Virus record (IMG/VR): IMGVR_UViG_3300037483_000880
Location: 1-46,946 of that record
DNA length: 46,946 bases
DNA from: a virus
Lineage: Duplodnaviria > Caudoviricetes
Strand: one strand, 5' to 3'
Shown: positions 17,982-28,900 of the stretch, in pieces
How positions within the stretch are numbered: the stretch's first letter is position 1
Layout: every line of letters begins with the position of its first letter
Made by a program: the position numbers and the translations under genes
Notes under the pieces: model-generated
What the model was told of the DNA's origin: nothing
Databases searched by the model: none
Seen by the model: the letters and a program-made list of their open reading frames with translations, nothing else

Positions 17982-18577
17982 GTGGAACGTTCCCATCAAC
18001 CCCAAAACCATCAACGGCTAAAATAAAAAGTCATTTTCCCACTTTGGTATCGACTGCTCATAATATGGCGCGACAGGCACGGTCTAAAGGCTGCCAAAGA
18101 TGGTTAATCGAGATGTCATGGCCCATAATGAGGCGCACAAGTTATGCGCCTATCTTTGCGTTTGCTATCGCTCAAGAGGGTCAATATGAAACATTCCAGC
18201 TTGTCCTGCCTGGAATATATGACCCACAAGGTGTTGCTACCGGGACGCCGATTGTCAGCGGAGCGCATGCCTCGGGTAAATCAATACCAACCACTGGATG
18301 GACGGCGAGCGTTGTTGGTATTCTTAAAGCCGGAGATTTTTTAAAATTTGACAATCATACGAAAGTTTATATGGTTACAGCTGATGCGAGTTCGGATGGA
18401 TCTGGCAGTGCCAATTTGTCGATTGAGCCACCCCTCGTGGCTGCTTTAGTCGATACCGAGTCGATAACCGTGACAGGCGTACCTTTTACCGTTGCTTTTG
18501 ATGGTGATATCCAGGAGTTTGGAGTGCGAAGTCCGGTATTGTTTTCATATCAAGCATCGTTTATTGAGGTCGTTTAA
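17978..18577 (+). CDS. Distal tail-like protein
   Basis: MSGTFP, LKAGDF-KF-NH-KVYMV, IEPPL motifs; follows tape measure. Confidence 0.7.
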   Translation: MSGTFPSTPKPSTAKIKSHFPTLVSTAHNMARQARSKGCQRWLIEMSWPIMRRTSYAPIFAFAIAQEGQYETFQLVLPGIYDPQGVATGTPIVSGAHASGKSIPTTGWTASVVGILKAGDFLKFDNHTKVYMVTADASSDGSGSANLSIEPPLVAALVDTESITVTGVPFTVAFDGDIQEFGVRSPVLFSYQASFIEVV

Positions 18578-19818
18578 TGGCTCTTATCGCGTATTACCCA
18601 TTTATTGATAACGCAGAAGATGAATCAGGTAACGGCTATGATGCTTATTCTGAAACTGGGGTAACATATTCCCAAAACACCCCTGGTAACAGGCCTGGAA
18701 CCTGTGCTGTTTTAAGCAATGTCGACGGCGCTTCGGTAAGCAGCTATATCTATTTAATGACTGCCGCCCAGGCAACGGAGATACTTGGTGATGAGCAATC
18801 CGGGCAGATATCTGTTTCTATCTGGTTCAGGTCGGATGCGGCCAACCGATCAGATTCGGTGTTGGCCAGAATTATTACCAGGGATCTATCAGATTATTGG
18901 GCTATAGGTATTACACAATACTCTGCATCTGGCAGCCAACTGTTAAGGGTCAATGAGGCGGGAGCCGGCCGCACCATATCGTCGACAATCGAAACAGGAG
19001 TATGGCACCACATTGTTGCTGTCTTCGACTATGACTCGACCTATTTGACCGTTTATCTGGACAATGAGGAGGCGTACAGCGGTGCTGTGCTAGGTGGATC
19101 TCTTGCAACATCACGGTGTATTTGTATTGGTTGTGGGGCTGAAATTACCCCGTCCCTTGTCATTAATAGCGGCTCGTTTATCGGAGCTGTTGACGAACTT
19201 TATCTCTACGACCATGCACTGACCGCCGAGGAAGTTGATTTGCTTTATCAGCTTTCTCCCCGCGGTGCGTCGGATGCTGTTTTGCTCGAATTGTCAAAAT
19301 CATCTAACCGCCCGTTTCATCTTGTGGAAGTTGAATTTTCTGACGGTACTTATTACATGACCGATGCCCATCGATCCATCATCTACGGAGGGGAAACATA
19401 CCTTGCGTACGGGCACGCGCTTAATTTTACAGACATCACGGAAACCACCAACCTGCAGATTAACAGCCTTACCCTGCAAATATCCGCAATAGATCAGCAA
19501 TATATCTCTGCTTTTCTGTCAAAAAACTATTTGAACCGCGCTGTCAAAATTTACAAGGCTTTTTTTGATGGCAATATGGTGATGGTTAATTCCCCACTGT
19601 TGTTTTTTAGAGGGCGGATGAATGCGCCTGTTTTGCAGGAAGACCCAGATAATGGAACGTCCATTTTTGAAATTCAGGCCGATAGCCATTTATCAGATTA
19701 TGACCGTTGTTCAGGGCGAAGAACTAATTCAGAGAGTCAACAGCTTTTTTATCCTGGTGATAATATTTTTAGGTTTGCTGCTAAAAACTTGGCTGATATT
19801 AAATGGGGTTCCGTATGA
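18577..19818 (+). CDS. Tail-tip protein with N-terminal LamG-like domain
   Basis: LamG motifs (YYPF, SIWF, WHHIVAV, IG-VDEL-LYD-ALT) then a minor-tail domain ending RRTN-ESQ..IKWG. Confidence 0.75.
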   Translation: MALIAYYPFIDNAEDESGNGYDAYSETGVTYSQNTPGNRPGTCAVLSNVDGASVSSYIYLMTAAQATEILGDEQSGQISVSIWFRSDAANRSDSVLARIITRDLSDYWAIGITQYSASGSQLLRVNEAGAGRTISSTIETGVWHHIVAVFDYDSTYLTVYLDNEEAYSGAVLGGSLATSRCICIGCGAEITPSLVINSGSFIGAVDELYLYDHALTAEEVDLLYQLSPRGASDAVLLELSKSSNRPFHLVEVEFSDGTYYMTDAHRSIIYGGETYLAYGHALNFTDITETTNLQINSLTLQISAIDQQYISAFLSKNYLNRAVKIYKAFFDGNMVMVNSPLLFFRGRMNAPVLQEDPDNGTSIFEIQADSHLSDYDRCSGRRTNSESQQLFYPGDNIFRFAAKNLADIKWGSV

Positions 19819-20228
19819 TCAACAAAGATAAATTCTGTCAATTTGTTGATCATGAAATTGGACAGCCGTTTGAGTGGGGACACCGGGACTGCAATACTTT
19901 GTCGTTGCGGGCTTTTGATATGTTGACCGGTCAACATTGTTTCGACTTTTTTCCATCCTATTCCAGCAAAAAAGAAGCTTTAAAAGTGGTCGATGAGTAC
20001 GGGAGCGATATCGTGCTTCAATTTTTGAGAAAAGGGGGCTGCGTTGAAGTTGACCCGCCTGTTAAAATCGGTGATTTTCTTATCTGCGCCGACGAAAACA
20101 AAGAATTTATAAGCGTTTTGTTGGCGACTGGCACATCCACAGTGCTTACCGTAACACGGCGCTACGGTGTAATTAGTGCTCTATCAGCCTTGGTAGGGGA
20201 GTATCGTATTTTCAGGATGGCAAACTGA
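19815..20228 (+). CDS. NlpC/P60-like tail assembly protein
   Basis: PFEWG-RDC motif; between tip genes. Confidence 0.7.
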   Translation: MINKDKFCQFVDHEIGQPFEWGHRDCNTLSLRAFDMLTGQHCFDFFPSYSSKKEALKVVDEYGSDIVLQFLRKGGCVEVDPPVKIGDFLICADENKEFISVLLATGTSTVLTVTRRYGVISALSALVGEYRIFRMAN

Positions 20229-22972
20229 TGCCGCCAGTATTTGCTGCAGCCGCTGTATTCGCCTTAAAAGTAGTAGCGGCCGTTGTTATAGGCAAGTTTG
20301 TCGGTGCGCTTACTGCGAAAGATCCAGATAAGCCAACCTTTGACAAATTTACAGAAAAAGGGGTACTACTTAACCGGCAATCTAATAATGACCCAATTCC
20401 GGTTGTTTATGGGTCACGTCGTGTAGGTGGAACCAAGATTATTATCGGGACAAGAGGTGAAACAAAACAGTATCTTGATTTTTTGATCATTTTGAGTGAA
20501 GGGCCTATATCAGCCATAAATACAGTTTACCTTGATGGTGTTGCTTCTACAGATAGCCGGTTTTCTGGAAAAGTAACCATGAGGAAATATCTCGGTACAA
20601 CCACGCAAGCAGCTGATGTGACCCTTGTAAACGCTTACAGCGATTATTCAAGCTCTTTCAAAGGTTCCGGAGTTGCTTACCTCGCGATCACTTTGACGTA
20701 TGATAGGGAGGTATTTTCGGGAATTCCTACGGTCACTGCTGATGTAGACGGGAAAATAGTTTACGACCCCAGAACGGGGAATACATCCTTTTCGTCGAAT
20801 CCAATCATTTGCACAAGGGATTATTTGATTAATGAAATTTATGGGTGGGGAATACCGTCAACTCTCATCAATGATGATTCTGTTTCTGCCGAGGCTGATT
20901 ATTGTGATCAACAGTTGGAGATGGAGGAAGATGAGCAAGTGTCAATTATGGGGTATGGTATATACATTCTCAAACCATGGATGTATACTACCTTTGGTTA
21001 TCCGAAAATAAGATATAAATGCAACGGATACATTGACACTGAGATTGATTTGTTTGAAAATACCAAAAGGCTGTTAACCTCATGCCGGGGGAATCTCGTT
21101 GAATCTGCTGGGCAATATAAGATATTAGTTGATAGGCCGGCAGAGCCAGAAAAATTTGAATTCAGTGAATCAAATATAATCGGATCTTGGACTTTTTCTC
21201 CTGGATCAAAAGAAAACACATTTAACCGAATATCAGCAACTTTTTTCAACAAAGACGCCAGTTGGCAAGCGTCTACTTGTATCGTTGACTCCCCTGCGCT
21301 CCGCATTATTGACGACGGAGTATTGCTCGAAAAGCAGATTGATCTGCCGTTTACCAGTGACATGATTTCGGCCAGACAGACTCTCACAGTCGAGTTGAAT
21401 CGATCAAGAAATAACCTGATGGTTGAATTTAGGGCCACCATTGCTGCTATGGGGTGCGAAGTTGGCAAGGTTTACCCCCTTACCCACTCAACTCCTGGAT
21501 GGAATAAAAAACTTTTCCGTATTATGAGTATGACGCTCCACAGTAATGATGAAGTCTCGATTATTGCCATAGAATACGGTGGTGACGATTCTTATAATTT
21601 TGATGAAATTATAGTCGATACCACTCTGCCAGATACCGATCTTCCAGATCCTTTTAATGTTAATGCGCCGGTTAGTTTGGCTGTTACTGAGGCACTTTAT
21701 GAGACAAGGGATGGCCTTGGGGTTAAGGCAAAAATGATCGTTACTTGGCAAGCAACTGATGCTTTTACCAAATTTTACCAAGTTGAGTACAAATTGACCA
21801 CTGATGTCAATTATAAGGTTATGCCACTTACTCCGCAGGTGACTCTTGATATTATGGATATTTCTCCAGGTGCGTATAACGTGCGGGTCAAGGCCATCAA
21901 TATGTTTGATAAACAGAGTTCTTATGCGACAACAACAAAAAACATATCTGGACTTAGTGCAATCCCGACCGATATAAATAATTTGTCTTTGAACATCGCT
22001 GGCAATTCCGCTCATTTCTCCTGGGATCTGGCCACAGATCTTGACGTTAAAATCGGCGGCCACATGAGAATGAGGCACACCCCTCGCGCCCCCACCACGG
22101 CGACCTGGGAGAGTTCCGTGGATATCGGTGGTGTTATTGCCGGAAACTCTACCAATGCCGTCCTGCCGCTGCTTTCCGGAACATACCTTGCCAAATTCGT
22201 TGATAGTCAAGGGCAGGAGTCAGCAACGGCAGAAATGATCTACACTACTGCACCGTCCATGCTGTCATGGAATGTTGTAGCCACAGTTGATGAAGCCCCT
22301 GGGTTTACTGGCACAAAAACCAACATGGTGGTTAATGATCCGGTGCTGGAGTTTGACACTATGTCTGAGGAGACCACAGGGGCTTACGCTTTCCCAGTGG
22401 CTGGCTATGTGGATCTAGGATGGGTATTTACTTGCCGTGTGGCGTCAAATATCGAGTTTACATCTGTCAATACCGGAAGCACTATTGATAATAGGGTAAC
22501 GAACATCAGCACATGGGATAATTTTGACGATATTGATGTTTTCACCGATGTGACGGCTAATGTTTACATTTCGACCACCGATGACGATCCTTCTGGGTCA
22601 CCAACCTGGTCCGATTTTAAAAAACTAGTGGTTGGCGATTATACCTGTCGGGCCTACAAATTCGAACTGCGTTGCGCCAGTGGTGATATCACCCACCAGA
22701 TCAACGTTGAGGAAATAGTCATCACCATCGACGCGCCAGACAGGATGCAGGGTGCGTCTGGTTTGAGCACGTCAAGTACCGCGACAACTACCGTCTCGTT
22801 CGCTGATTCGTTTCAGGCCACTCCGGCTATCGGGGTGACAGTTCTCGATATGGCAACCGGTGATTATGTCGTTATTGCAAGCGAGTCGCTAACAGGATTT
22901 GATATTGACGTGCGTAATTCTGGCGGATCAAGAGTCGAGCGCACTTTTAACTACATAGCCAGAGGATATTAA
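20228..22972 (+). CDS. Central tail fibre/host specificity protein (gpJ-like, FN3)
   Basis: IPVVYG-RRVGG, SEG-I, SNP, RY-CNG and YNVRVKAIN motifs. Confidence 0.9.
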   Translation: MPPVFAAAAVFALKVVAAVVIGKFVGALTAKDPDKPTFDKFTEKGVLLNRQSNNDPIPVVYGSRRVGGTKIIIGTRGETKQYLDFLIILSEGPISAINTVYLDGVASTDSRFSGKVTMRKYLGTTTQAADVTLVNAYSDYSSSFKGSGVAYLAITLTYDREVFSGIPTVTADVDGKIVYDPRTGNTSFSSNPIICTRDYLINEIYGWGIPSTLINDDSVSAEADYCDQQLEMEEDEQVSIMGYGIYILKPWMYTTFGYPKIRYKCNGYIDTEIDLFENTKRLLTSCRGNLVESAGQYKILVDRPAEPEKFEFSESNIIGSWTFSPGSKENTFNRISATFFNKDASWQASTCIVDSPALRIIDDGVLLEKQIDLPFTSDMISARQTLTVELNRSRNNLMVEFRATIAAMGCEVGKVYPLTHSTPGWNKKLFRIMSMTLHSNDEVSIIAIEYGGDDSYNFDEIIVDTTLPDTDLPDPFNVNAPVSLAVTEALYETRDGLGVKAKMIVTWQATDAFTKFYQVEYKLTTDVNYKVMPLTPQVTLDIMDISPGAYNVRVKAINMFDKQSSYATTTKNISGLSAIPTDINNLSLNIAGNSAHFSWDLATDLDVKIGGHMRMRHTPRAPTTATWESSVDIGGVIAGNSTNAVLPLLSGTYLAKFVDSQGQESATAEMIYTTAPSMLSWNVVATVDEAPGFTGTKTNMVVNDPVLEFDTMSEETTGAYAFPVAGYVDLGWVFTCRVASNIEFTSVNTGSTIDNRVTNISTWDNFDDIDVFTDVTANVYISTTDDDPSGSPTWSDFKKLVVGDYTCRAYKFELRCASGDITHQINVEEIVITIDAPDRMQGASGLSTSSTATTTVSFADSFQATPAIGVTVLDMATGDYVVIASESLTGFDIDVRNSGGSRVERTFNYIARGY

Positions 22973-22973
22973 C

Positions 22974-23888
22974 ATGGCACAGCATGATTACAATTTGGCC
23001 GACGCGGCCGGATCAACATTTAGAACTGATTTAAATAATGTTCTTGCGGCTATCATGTCATTGAACAGCGGATCATCTGAGCCGGCAACCACAACGCCTT
23101 ATATGCTTTGGGTTGATACCAGTTTGAGTCCGCCGCGGTTGAAAATGAGAAACGCAACCGACACGGATTGGATGACTTTGCCTTTCCGTGTCGACACATC
23201 AGCACTGGCCACCGACAGTATCCAGGAAAGTACTTCCGGGGAAGGGGTGACGGTTGACGGATTGCTCATCAAGGATGGCGGTTTTGAACTGGGATCTGAC
23301 GCGGATGGTGATACCTACTGCCGGTATGGCGGGCAATTGAAAAGAATAGCGAAGGGCACGGCCGGACAAGTATGGGCCATGAACGGGGCAGCAGAATACC
23401 CAGAGTGGGTAGGCGCCAGCGACGCCTTGTTTAATGCGTATGTCAAGGTTTCACACCGCGAAGCGCAAGGAACTGATTCCGCCTCAACGGAAGGATGGAT
23501 GCAACGCAAGATCACTGATGAAGATTATGACACTGCGTCAATCGCTTCCATTGCCAGCAACCGTTTAACTCTGCCGGCCGGGACGTATCATTGTCGCGTG
23601 GAGGCAATTTATGCCCACGGGATTGAGGGGAGCCTTCTTCGGCTGTATAATTATACCACCAGCGCCATTGTCCAGGAAGATAGCGGAGTGGGGAATATGG
23701 TGGGGTTAATTGTGGCCTCTGCCCCAACAGTAGTAACGCTTTCAGGAGTTTTTACTCTTGCCGGTTCATCAGCTATTGAGATCCAGCAGTATTTTGCCCA
23801 TGCGGACAGTGACGGGGCAGGAAAGGCCGGGAATATCTCTGGTTATGAAGAGGTTTATATGACCGCTGTTTTTATGAGGCTGTCTTAA
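22974..23888 (+). CDS. Tail fibre protein 1
   Basis: MAQHDY..FRTDLN N-terminus; TLPAGTY C-terminal domain. Confidence 0.75.
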   Translation: MAQHDYNLADAAGSTFRTDLNNVLAAIMSLNSGSSEPATTTPYMLWVDTSLSPPRLKMRNATDTDWMTLPFRVDTSALATDSIQESTSGEGVTVDGLLIKDGGFELGSDADGDTYCRYGGQLKRIAKGTAGQVWAMNGAAEYPEWVGASDALFNAYVKVSHREAQGTDSASTEGWMQRKITDEDYDTASIASIASNRLTLPAGTYHCRVEAIYAHGIEGSLLRLYNYTTSAIVQEDSGVGNMVGLIVASAPTVVTLSGVFTLAGSSAIEIQQYFAHADSDGAGKAGNISGYEEVYMTAVFMRLS

Positions 23889-24799
23889 TGCCGCAGCATG
23901 ATTATGAAATATTAAACGGCACCGGTATGGCTGTATTGGATGATATCAATGATGTTCTGCAGGCCATTATGGCATGGAACAGTGGCGACCCCGATGACTT
24001 GGAGGCCACCTGTCCGTATATGGCCGTGGTCGATGTTGTGACATCGACCGTTAAAATCCGTGACGCAGCCGACGTAGACTGGGTGGCTTTGCCTTTTTCG
24101 CTGGCTATTTGCGCTTTGATTGCGGACAGTATTGCCGAGGAAACACCCGCAGCCGGGGTGGATATCGACGGTCTGACCATCAAAGACGCAGGGATTGCTT
24201 TAGGATCTGACGCGGATGGTGATACCTACCACCGGGCAAGCTCTGCTTTGGTCAGGCTGGCCAAAGGTACATCGGGGCAAAGATACACCATGAATAGCGG
24301 GGCGACTGCGCCGGAATGGGTGACTCCTGGTGCCTCAATAATTACCGATTATATTAAGGTTACTTATGAGCAGTCTAGCAAGTTAAATAACATTCTGTAC
24401 TACAAGAATCAATGGGCAACAAGGACACTCACCAAAATCGTGACGGATACCACTGGGGCGGCAACGTTGTCAAGCAGCCGCATCACCCTGCCTGCTGGTA
24501 CTTATCATGTTATAGTCAGGACTGAATTAGGTAATGACGATGTCGGGGTCTCGTTAAAATTATACAATTACACAATAAGCGCCGATGTGGTCGACACCAA
24601 TAGCAACAGCCTCACCGGGTTGACCTTAAAGAATTACGGAAATTATCTTGCCGGTGATTTTACTGTTGCCGCATCTCAGAAACTGGAATTACAGCATTTC
24701 CTCAGCAATGATACAGCGTCACCCGTCGCTGAGGAAATAGTCACCGGAGTTACCAATAGGTACATTGGGGTATCTATTGAATTTTTCAAGTACGAATAA
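23888..24799 (+). CDS. Tail fibre protein 2 (paralog of fibre 1)
   Basis: MPQHDY; shared LGSDADGDTY and TLPAGTYH. Confidence 0.75.
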   Translation: MPQHDYEILNGTGMAVLDDINDVLQAIMAWNSGDPDDLEATCPYMAVVDVVTSTVKIRDAADVDWVALPFSLAICALIADSIAEETPAAGVDIDGLTIKDAGIALGSDADGDTYHRASSALVRLAKGTSGQRYTMNSGATAPEWVTPGASIITDYIKVTYEQSSKLNNILYYKNQWATRTLTKIVTDTTGAATLSSSRITLPAGTYHVIVRTELGNDDVGVSLKLYNYTISADVVDTNSNSLTGLTLKNYGNYLAGDFTVAASQKLELQHFLSNDTASPVAEEIVTGVTNRYIGVSIEFFKYE

Positions 24800-24812
24800 A
24801 GGAGATTTTGTT

Positions 24813-24971
24813 ATGACAAAAGAACAATTATTAGCTATTGTAGAGGATAAATATGCAATCTTTTTGGCGGAGTCAAATCAGGTCGTTCCTGATGCCGACG
24901 ATGTTGAGGCAGCACAAAAAGAACTTATTAGAGCAACCGGAGAAGTCGTTCATTTTGTAAAAGATATGTGA
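24813..24971 (+). CDS. Small hypothetical protein
   Basis: AAGGAG RBS, 52 aa. Confidence 0.55.
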   Translation: MTKEQLLAIVEDKYAIFLAESNQVVPDADDVEAAQKELIRATGEVVHFVKDM

Positions 24972-25024
24972 TTTTATCACCTGTATGATATGGTGGTAAA
25001 AATTATTTTAAAGGAGAAAAAGTC

Positions 25025-25513
25025 ATGAAAAGATTTATTTTTGCCGCCATAATGCTTTTGTGGTCATTACCAGCCATGGCTGCCAATATCACAATGACCA
25101 GCAATGGTTCTTCGCAAGCAATGGGTAGCACCACCTATACCGTTGTTTTTGATCTGGTGGCTGCTGAAGACGGGACCGGGACTTTTGATTCATCGTCTGA
25201 TGATTGGGAAACATGGGCGTCTCTTTTCACACATGGGCGGCCGGGGACCATCCTTTCCGTCGATGTGGTGATGGATGAAACAAACACACCGACCACCTTG
25301 TGGGATATCTATTTTTATGGAACCGGTTCGACGCTTAAAACTGATCTGCTCGGACTGACCGGGGAAAATCATGCGGTGACTGAGAACTTCACCCTGTTCG
25401 CCACTTTTGATGGTCAACGTGGGTATAAAGCCGAGAAAACACCGCCGATACCAACAGTTACAGGGGCCGGGAATGGTGGCAAGGCAACCTTTACCGTGAT
25501 TGTGATGCGATGA
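25025..25513 (+). CDS. Secreted beta-rich protein
   Basis: Sec-type signal MKRFIFAAIMLLWSLPAMA. Confidence 0.7.
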   Translation: MKRFIFAAIMLLWSLPAMAANITMTSNGSSQAMGSTTYTVVFDLVAAEDGTGTFDSSSDDWETWASLFTHGRPGTILSVDVVMDETNTPTTLWDIYFYGTGSTLKTDLLGLTGENHAVTENFTLFATFDGQRGYKAEKTPPIPTVTGAGNGGKATFTVIVMR

Positions 25514-25935
25514 AAAAGAAACTCCTCACTATCGCTCTGCTGCTGCTCTGGCCTTCTGTGGCTGGGGCGGCGAACGCTTCCTTCACCTGGACAGCGAATG
25601 ATAAAATTGAGTCTGTTTATGGTTATCACGTTTTCGTTGAGACGATCAGCACCGGCACGGTCAAAGACATGCAGATTATTTGTAAGGCTGGGATTCAATC
25701 CTGTTGCCAATGCTCGTTTGATGGTCTCCAAACCGGAACCGCCTATCGAGCTTGGACAACTGCAATTGGTTACATTGACGACAAGATGGTTGAATCGCTG
25801 AAAAGTGGAGTCGTCTATTTTGTCGGTGGAGAAGGAAGTCAAGTCAGTCTGAATGATGATCTTACCGGATTATTTGATGGTGATGTAGACGGGCTTGATC
25901 TTGCTGATTTCGCGCGACTTTTTGGTAAATATTGA
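25510..25935 (+). CDS. Secreted FN3-like protein with dockerin/EF-hand-like C-terminus
   Basis: Signal peptide; FTW..GY..GL-TGTAY; DGDVDGLDLADFA. Confidence 0.65.
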   Translation: MKKKLLTIALLLLWPSVAGAANASFTWTANDKIESVYGYHVFVETISTGTVKDMQIICKAGIQSCCQCSFDGLQTGTAYRAWTTAIGYIDDKMVESLKSGVVYFVGGEGSQVSLNDDLTGLFDGDVDGLDLADFARLFGKY

Positions 25936-25941
25936 GGTGGG

Positions 25942-28900
25942 ATGATGATGATGGAACGGATTTTGATGTTGGTTTTGTGCTGGATGATGGTGATAGCCGG
26001 GAACTGCTATGCGGCCACAGATACGATCTATCTAGCTGCAACGCAACAAGGAGATGGGTCGCACACCTCCTGTGCCACCGCTGCTGATTGGGCCACATAC
26101 CGGGATAACTCGGCCATGTGGGCAGCAACGGACACGGCGGATGGGCTGATTGGCCCGAATGATGCGGTCCGTTTTTGTGATGATGGGGGTGTATTTCGTG
26201 GGCAGATAACTCTATATCAATCTGGTTTGTCGGGTAAAAATATTACATTTGAGGCCGCCGAGAATGAACATCCAGTGTTTAGTGGGGCGAATGTTTTCCC
26301 CGCTGATAGTTGGACGAAATATCCATATATGCCAGGTACTCCGGCATATGGATCAGCTGACACAAACCTGAAATATTGGGATCGTGAAATAACAAATGGC
26401 ACCCTGACCATGACCACTACCGGGTGCCAGACTGACGTTTGTTTTGATACAGCCGGTACGGCTGCTGGTGCTAAAGTGTTCCTCCAGGGTAATTTTGGAG
26501 TTGGAGATGATGATCAAGCCGGGGAGATCGAGACAACATTTTGGATAAAGGTTGATGCTGTTGGCAATATGTCTACGACTGCGTCGAACATACTGGAATA
26601 CCTCAATGACGATTATTCATCTGTCATTGCTGGTTTGTCTATCAAAATAGTTGGTTCTGACGCCGTAATCACCACGGATATTGCTGGAGCCACCGGTGAT
26701 GAATGTAGTGCTACTGTATTTCCTGCGGCAGATAATGGAGTATGGAGGAAAATAACCTGGGAATTTCAAGTCGCTGATGGTGAGGGCGGAGAATACAGCA
26801 CATTATTGGTTGACGATGTGCAGGTTGACTCTCAGTCAACGTTTGGCGGGGCCACTACCAAACCTGAGTCTATGAGATATGGTCGCATCACAAAACCGGA
26901 TGATGACACATCAGTCATGTCATTTGACGATATAACTGCTATTGATAAAGATCATGCGGACCCGCTTTTGTCTGGGGATAGACCATATAAAATTATTGTT
27001 GACGATAGTTTTGATTACGGAGTTTGGCAGTCAGCCGCGATTACAGCTGGTCCGGATGCACTTTTTTATAATGGTGCAGTGAAATTAGTTAAGAGCACCA
27101 CAAATGTCGGGCACGGAACAGGTGTATGGAATTACCTGTCGGCAGACCAAACGTTGATATTGACCTGGCCTAATGACCCTGATTTGGAACCAATCAACAG
27201 TGAGATTGATGAAGGGATTTCATACACGGCTTATGATTATGCCTTTAATTTTGCGGGGAAGGACCGTATTGATATTGATGGGCTTGAACTCCTGAACTAT
27301 GAGTTAGCCGGTGTCTTATTCAACAACACGACAACCTCAAAATTATCTAATTGTAACATACACGATAATGTGGTGAACGGTATAAGGTCGCTTTACACAA
27401 ACGTTGGCATAATTGTGGTAGGCAACACCATTAAAAACAATCATCAATATGGAGTGGACTTCGCAAGCGCAGCCGGAGAGTTACAGATCAGATATAACAA
27501 AATCATATCTAATAACATTGGCCTCTATGGAGGAGCAGCACAGACATCAGCAATTATTGCCAACAATGTTATCGCCTATAACTGGGTTGATGGCCTCAAA
27601 ATCAATGGCGTTGCTGGGTATACAGCCATTAACAATATTTTTGAGTATAATGGCGGCCTAGCTATAAATGGATTGGCCACCAGCGCCCTGACCCATAGTA
27701 ATAATTCATTGCTGCGCTCATTTGGGGATATTGTTTCCTATAACGGAGTGTCCTACACGGCGGCCACAATTGGCGATTTCGAGGCCAGTACAATCGTTGG
27801 CAACATTAATAACCACCAATCTGAAATGGTAGGTATTCCGACGTTTTCGTTCACCACGCCGACCGGGATTATTTCTGCATTTTTTGATGGCACATCCGCA
27901 ATCGATTTGAAAAAGAGTACGGATGGCGGCTTGACCTATGGCGACACTTTGCAATCCATCGGCAACAGCGCGACCTGCACCGGGCATAGCGCACTGATAA
28001 CACAGGATGGGTCGTATCTGCTTTCAACTCGCGGTTGCGGTGATATCAATAATAATGGGGTCTATCGATCAATTGACGCTGGCGCCTCCTGGGCATTGGT
28101 TCTGCCAACTCCATCAGGATCTGTATGGGGTATGAGTCAGGGACCAACCGGGATTATTCATGCTGGGTTTTATGTTGATCTTAATCCATCCATTTATACT
28201 AGCACGGATGATGGAGCATCGTGGATTGAGAAAGTAGATTTGTCTCATACAGCAAGGCACATCCATGATGTTGCCGTTTCTCCGGCAGGGACCGCGTATG
28301 CCACCTATGGGGATGGGTGGTATTTTTCCACATTAAATGATTATCCTGGCAATCAGCATGGAGTGATCAAATCAACTGATAACTGGGAGTCATTCACCCA
28401 TGTTTACCAGACGTTAAACCAACAGACGAAAATAATCCCGCTGGCAGATCGCACTATTTTTGCCTCTGACGCTGGAACTGATGGAACCAGCATTTTTGTG
28501 GCGTTTGCCGGGCAGTTAGAGCCAATTATGGTTTATCGGGACACAAAATACACCTGGGCTACAGCAGCGTTTTCTGATCCTGCTGGAGAGTGCGTTTATA
28601 TTTTCAACAATACCGGAGGTGATGCCCTGGCAGCATACGTCAAAGCACTCGTGTCGTGTGATAAAGGCATTCACTGGGATGTGTTGGGAGTGTTCGCCAG
28701 CACTGCTGCTTACGATGGGTACAGTAGACCTCAGACATATTATAGCTCCAGCGTGCCAACTCTAGTCCGTAGTGATGCGGCCGTAGCGGTCAGCAATTTG
28801 TTGAATCTACCTTATTTTGATAGTTACTTATTGTCTGATGCGGGGATTAATGATGGGGTTCCGGTTACAGGCATCCACGATCAGGCCACACCTGCCACAG

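Noticed and set aside
19815-20228. Endolysin
   Set aside because: NlpC/P60-like, but located among tail-tip genes and lacking an obvious catalytic His
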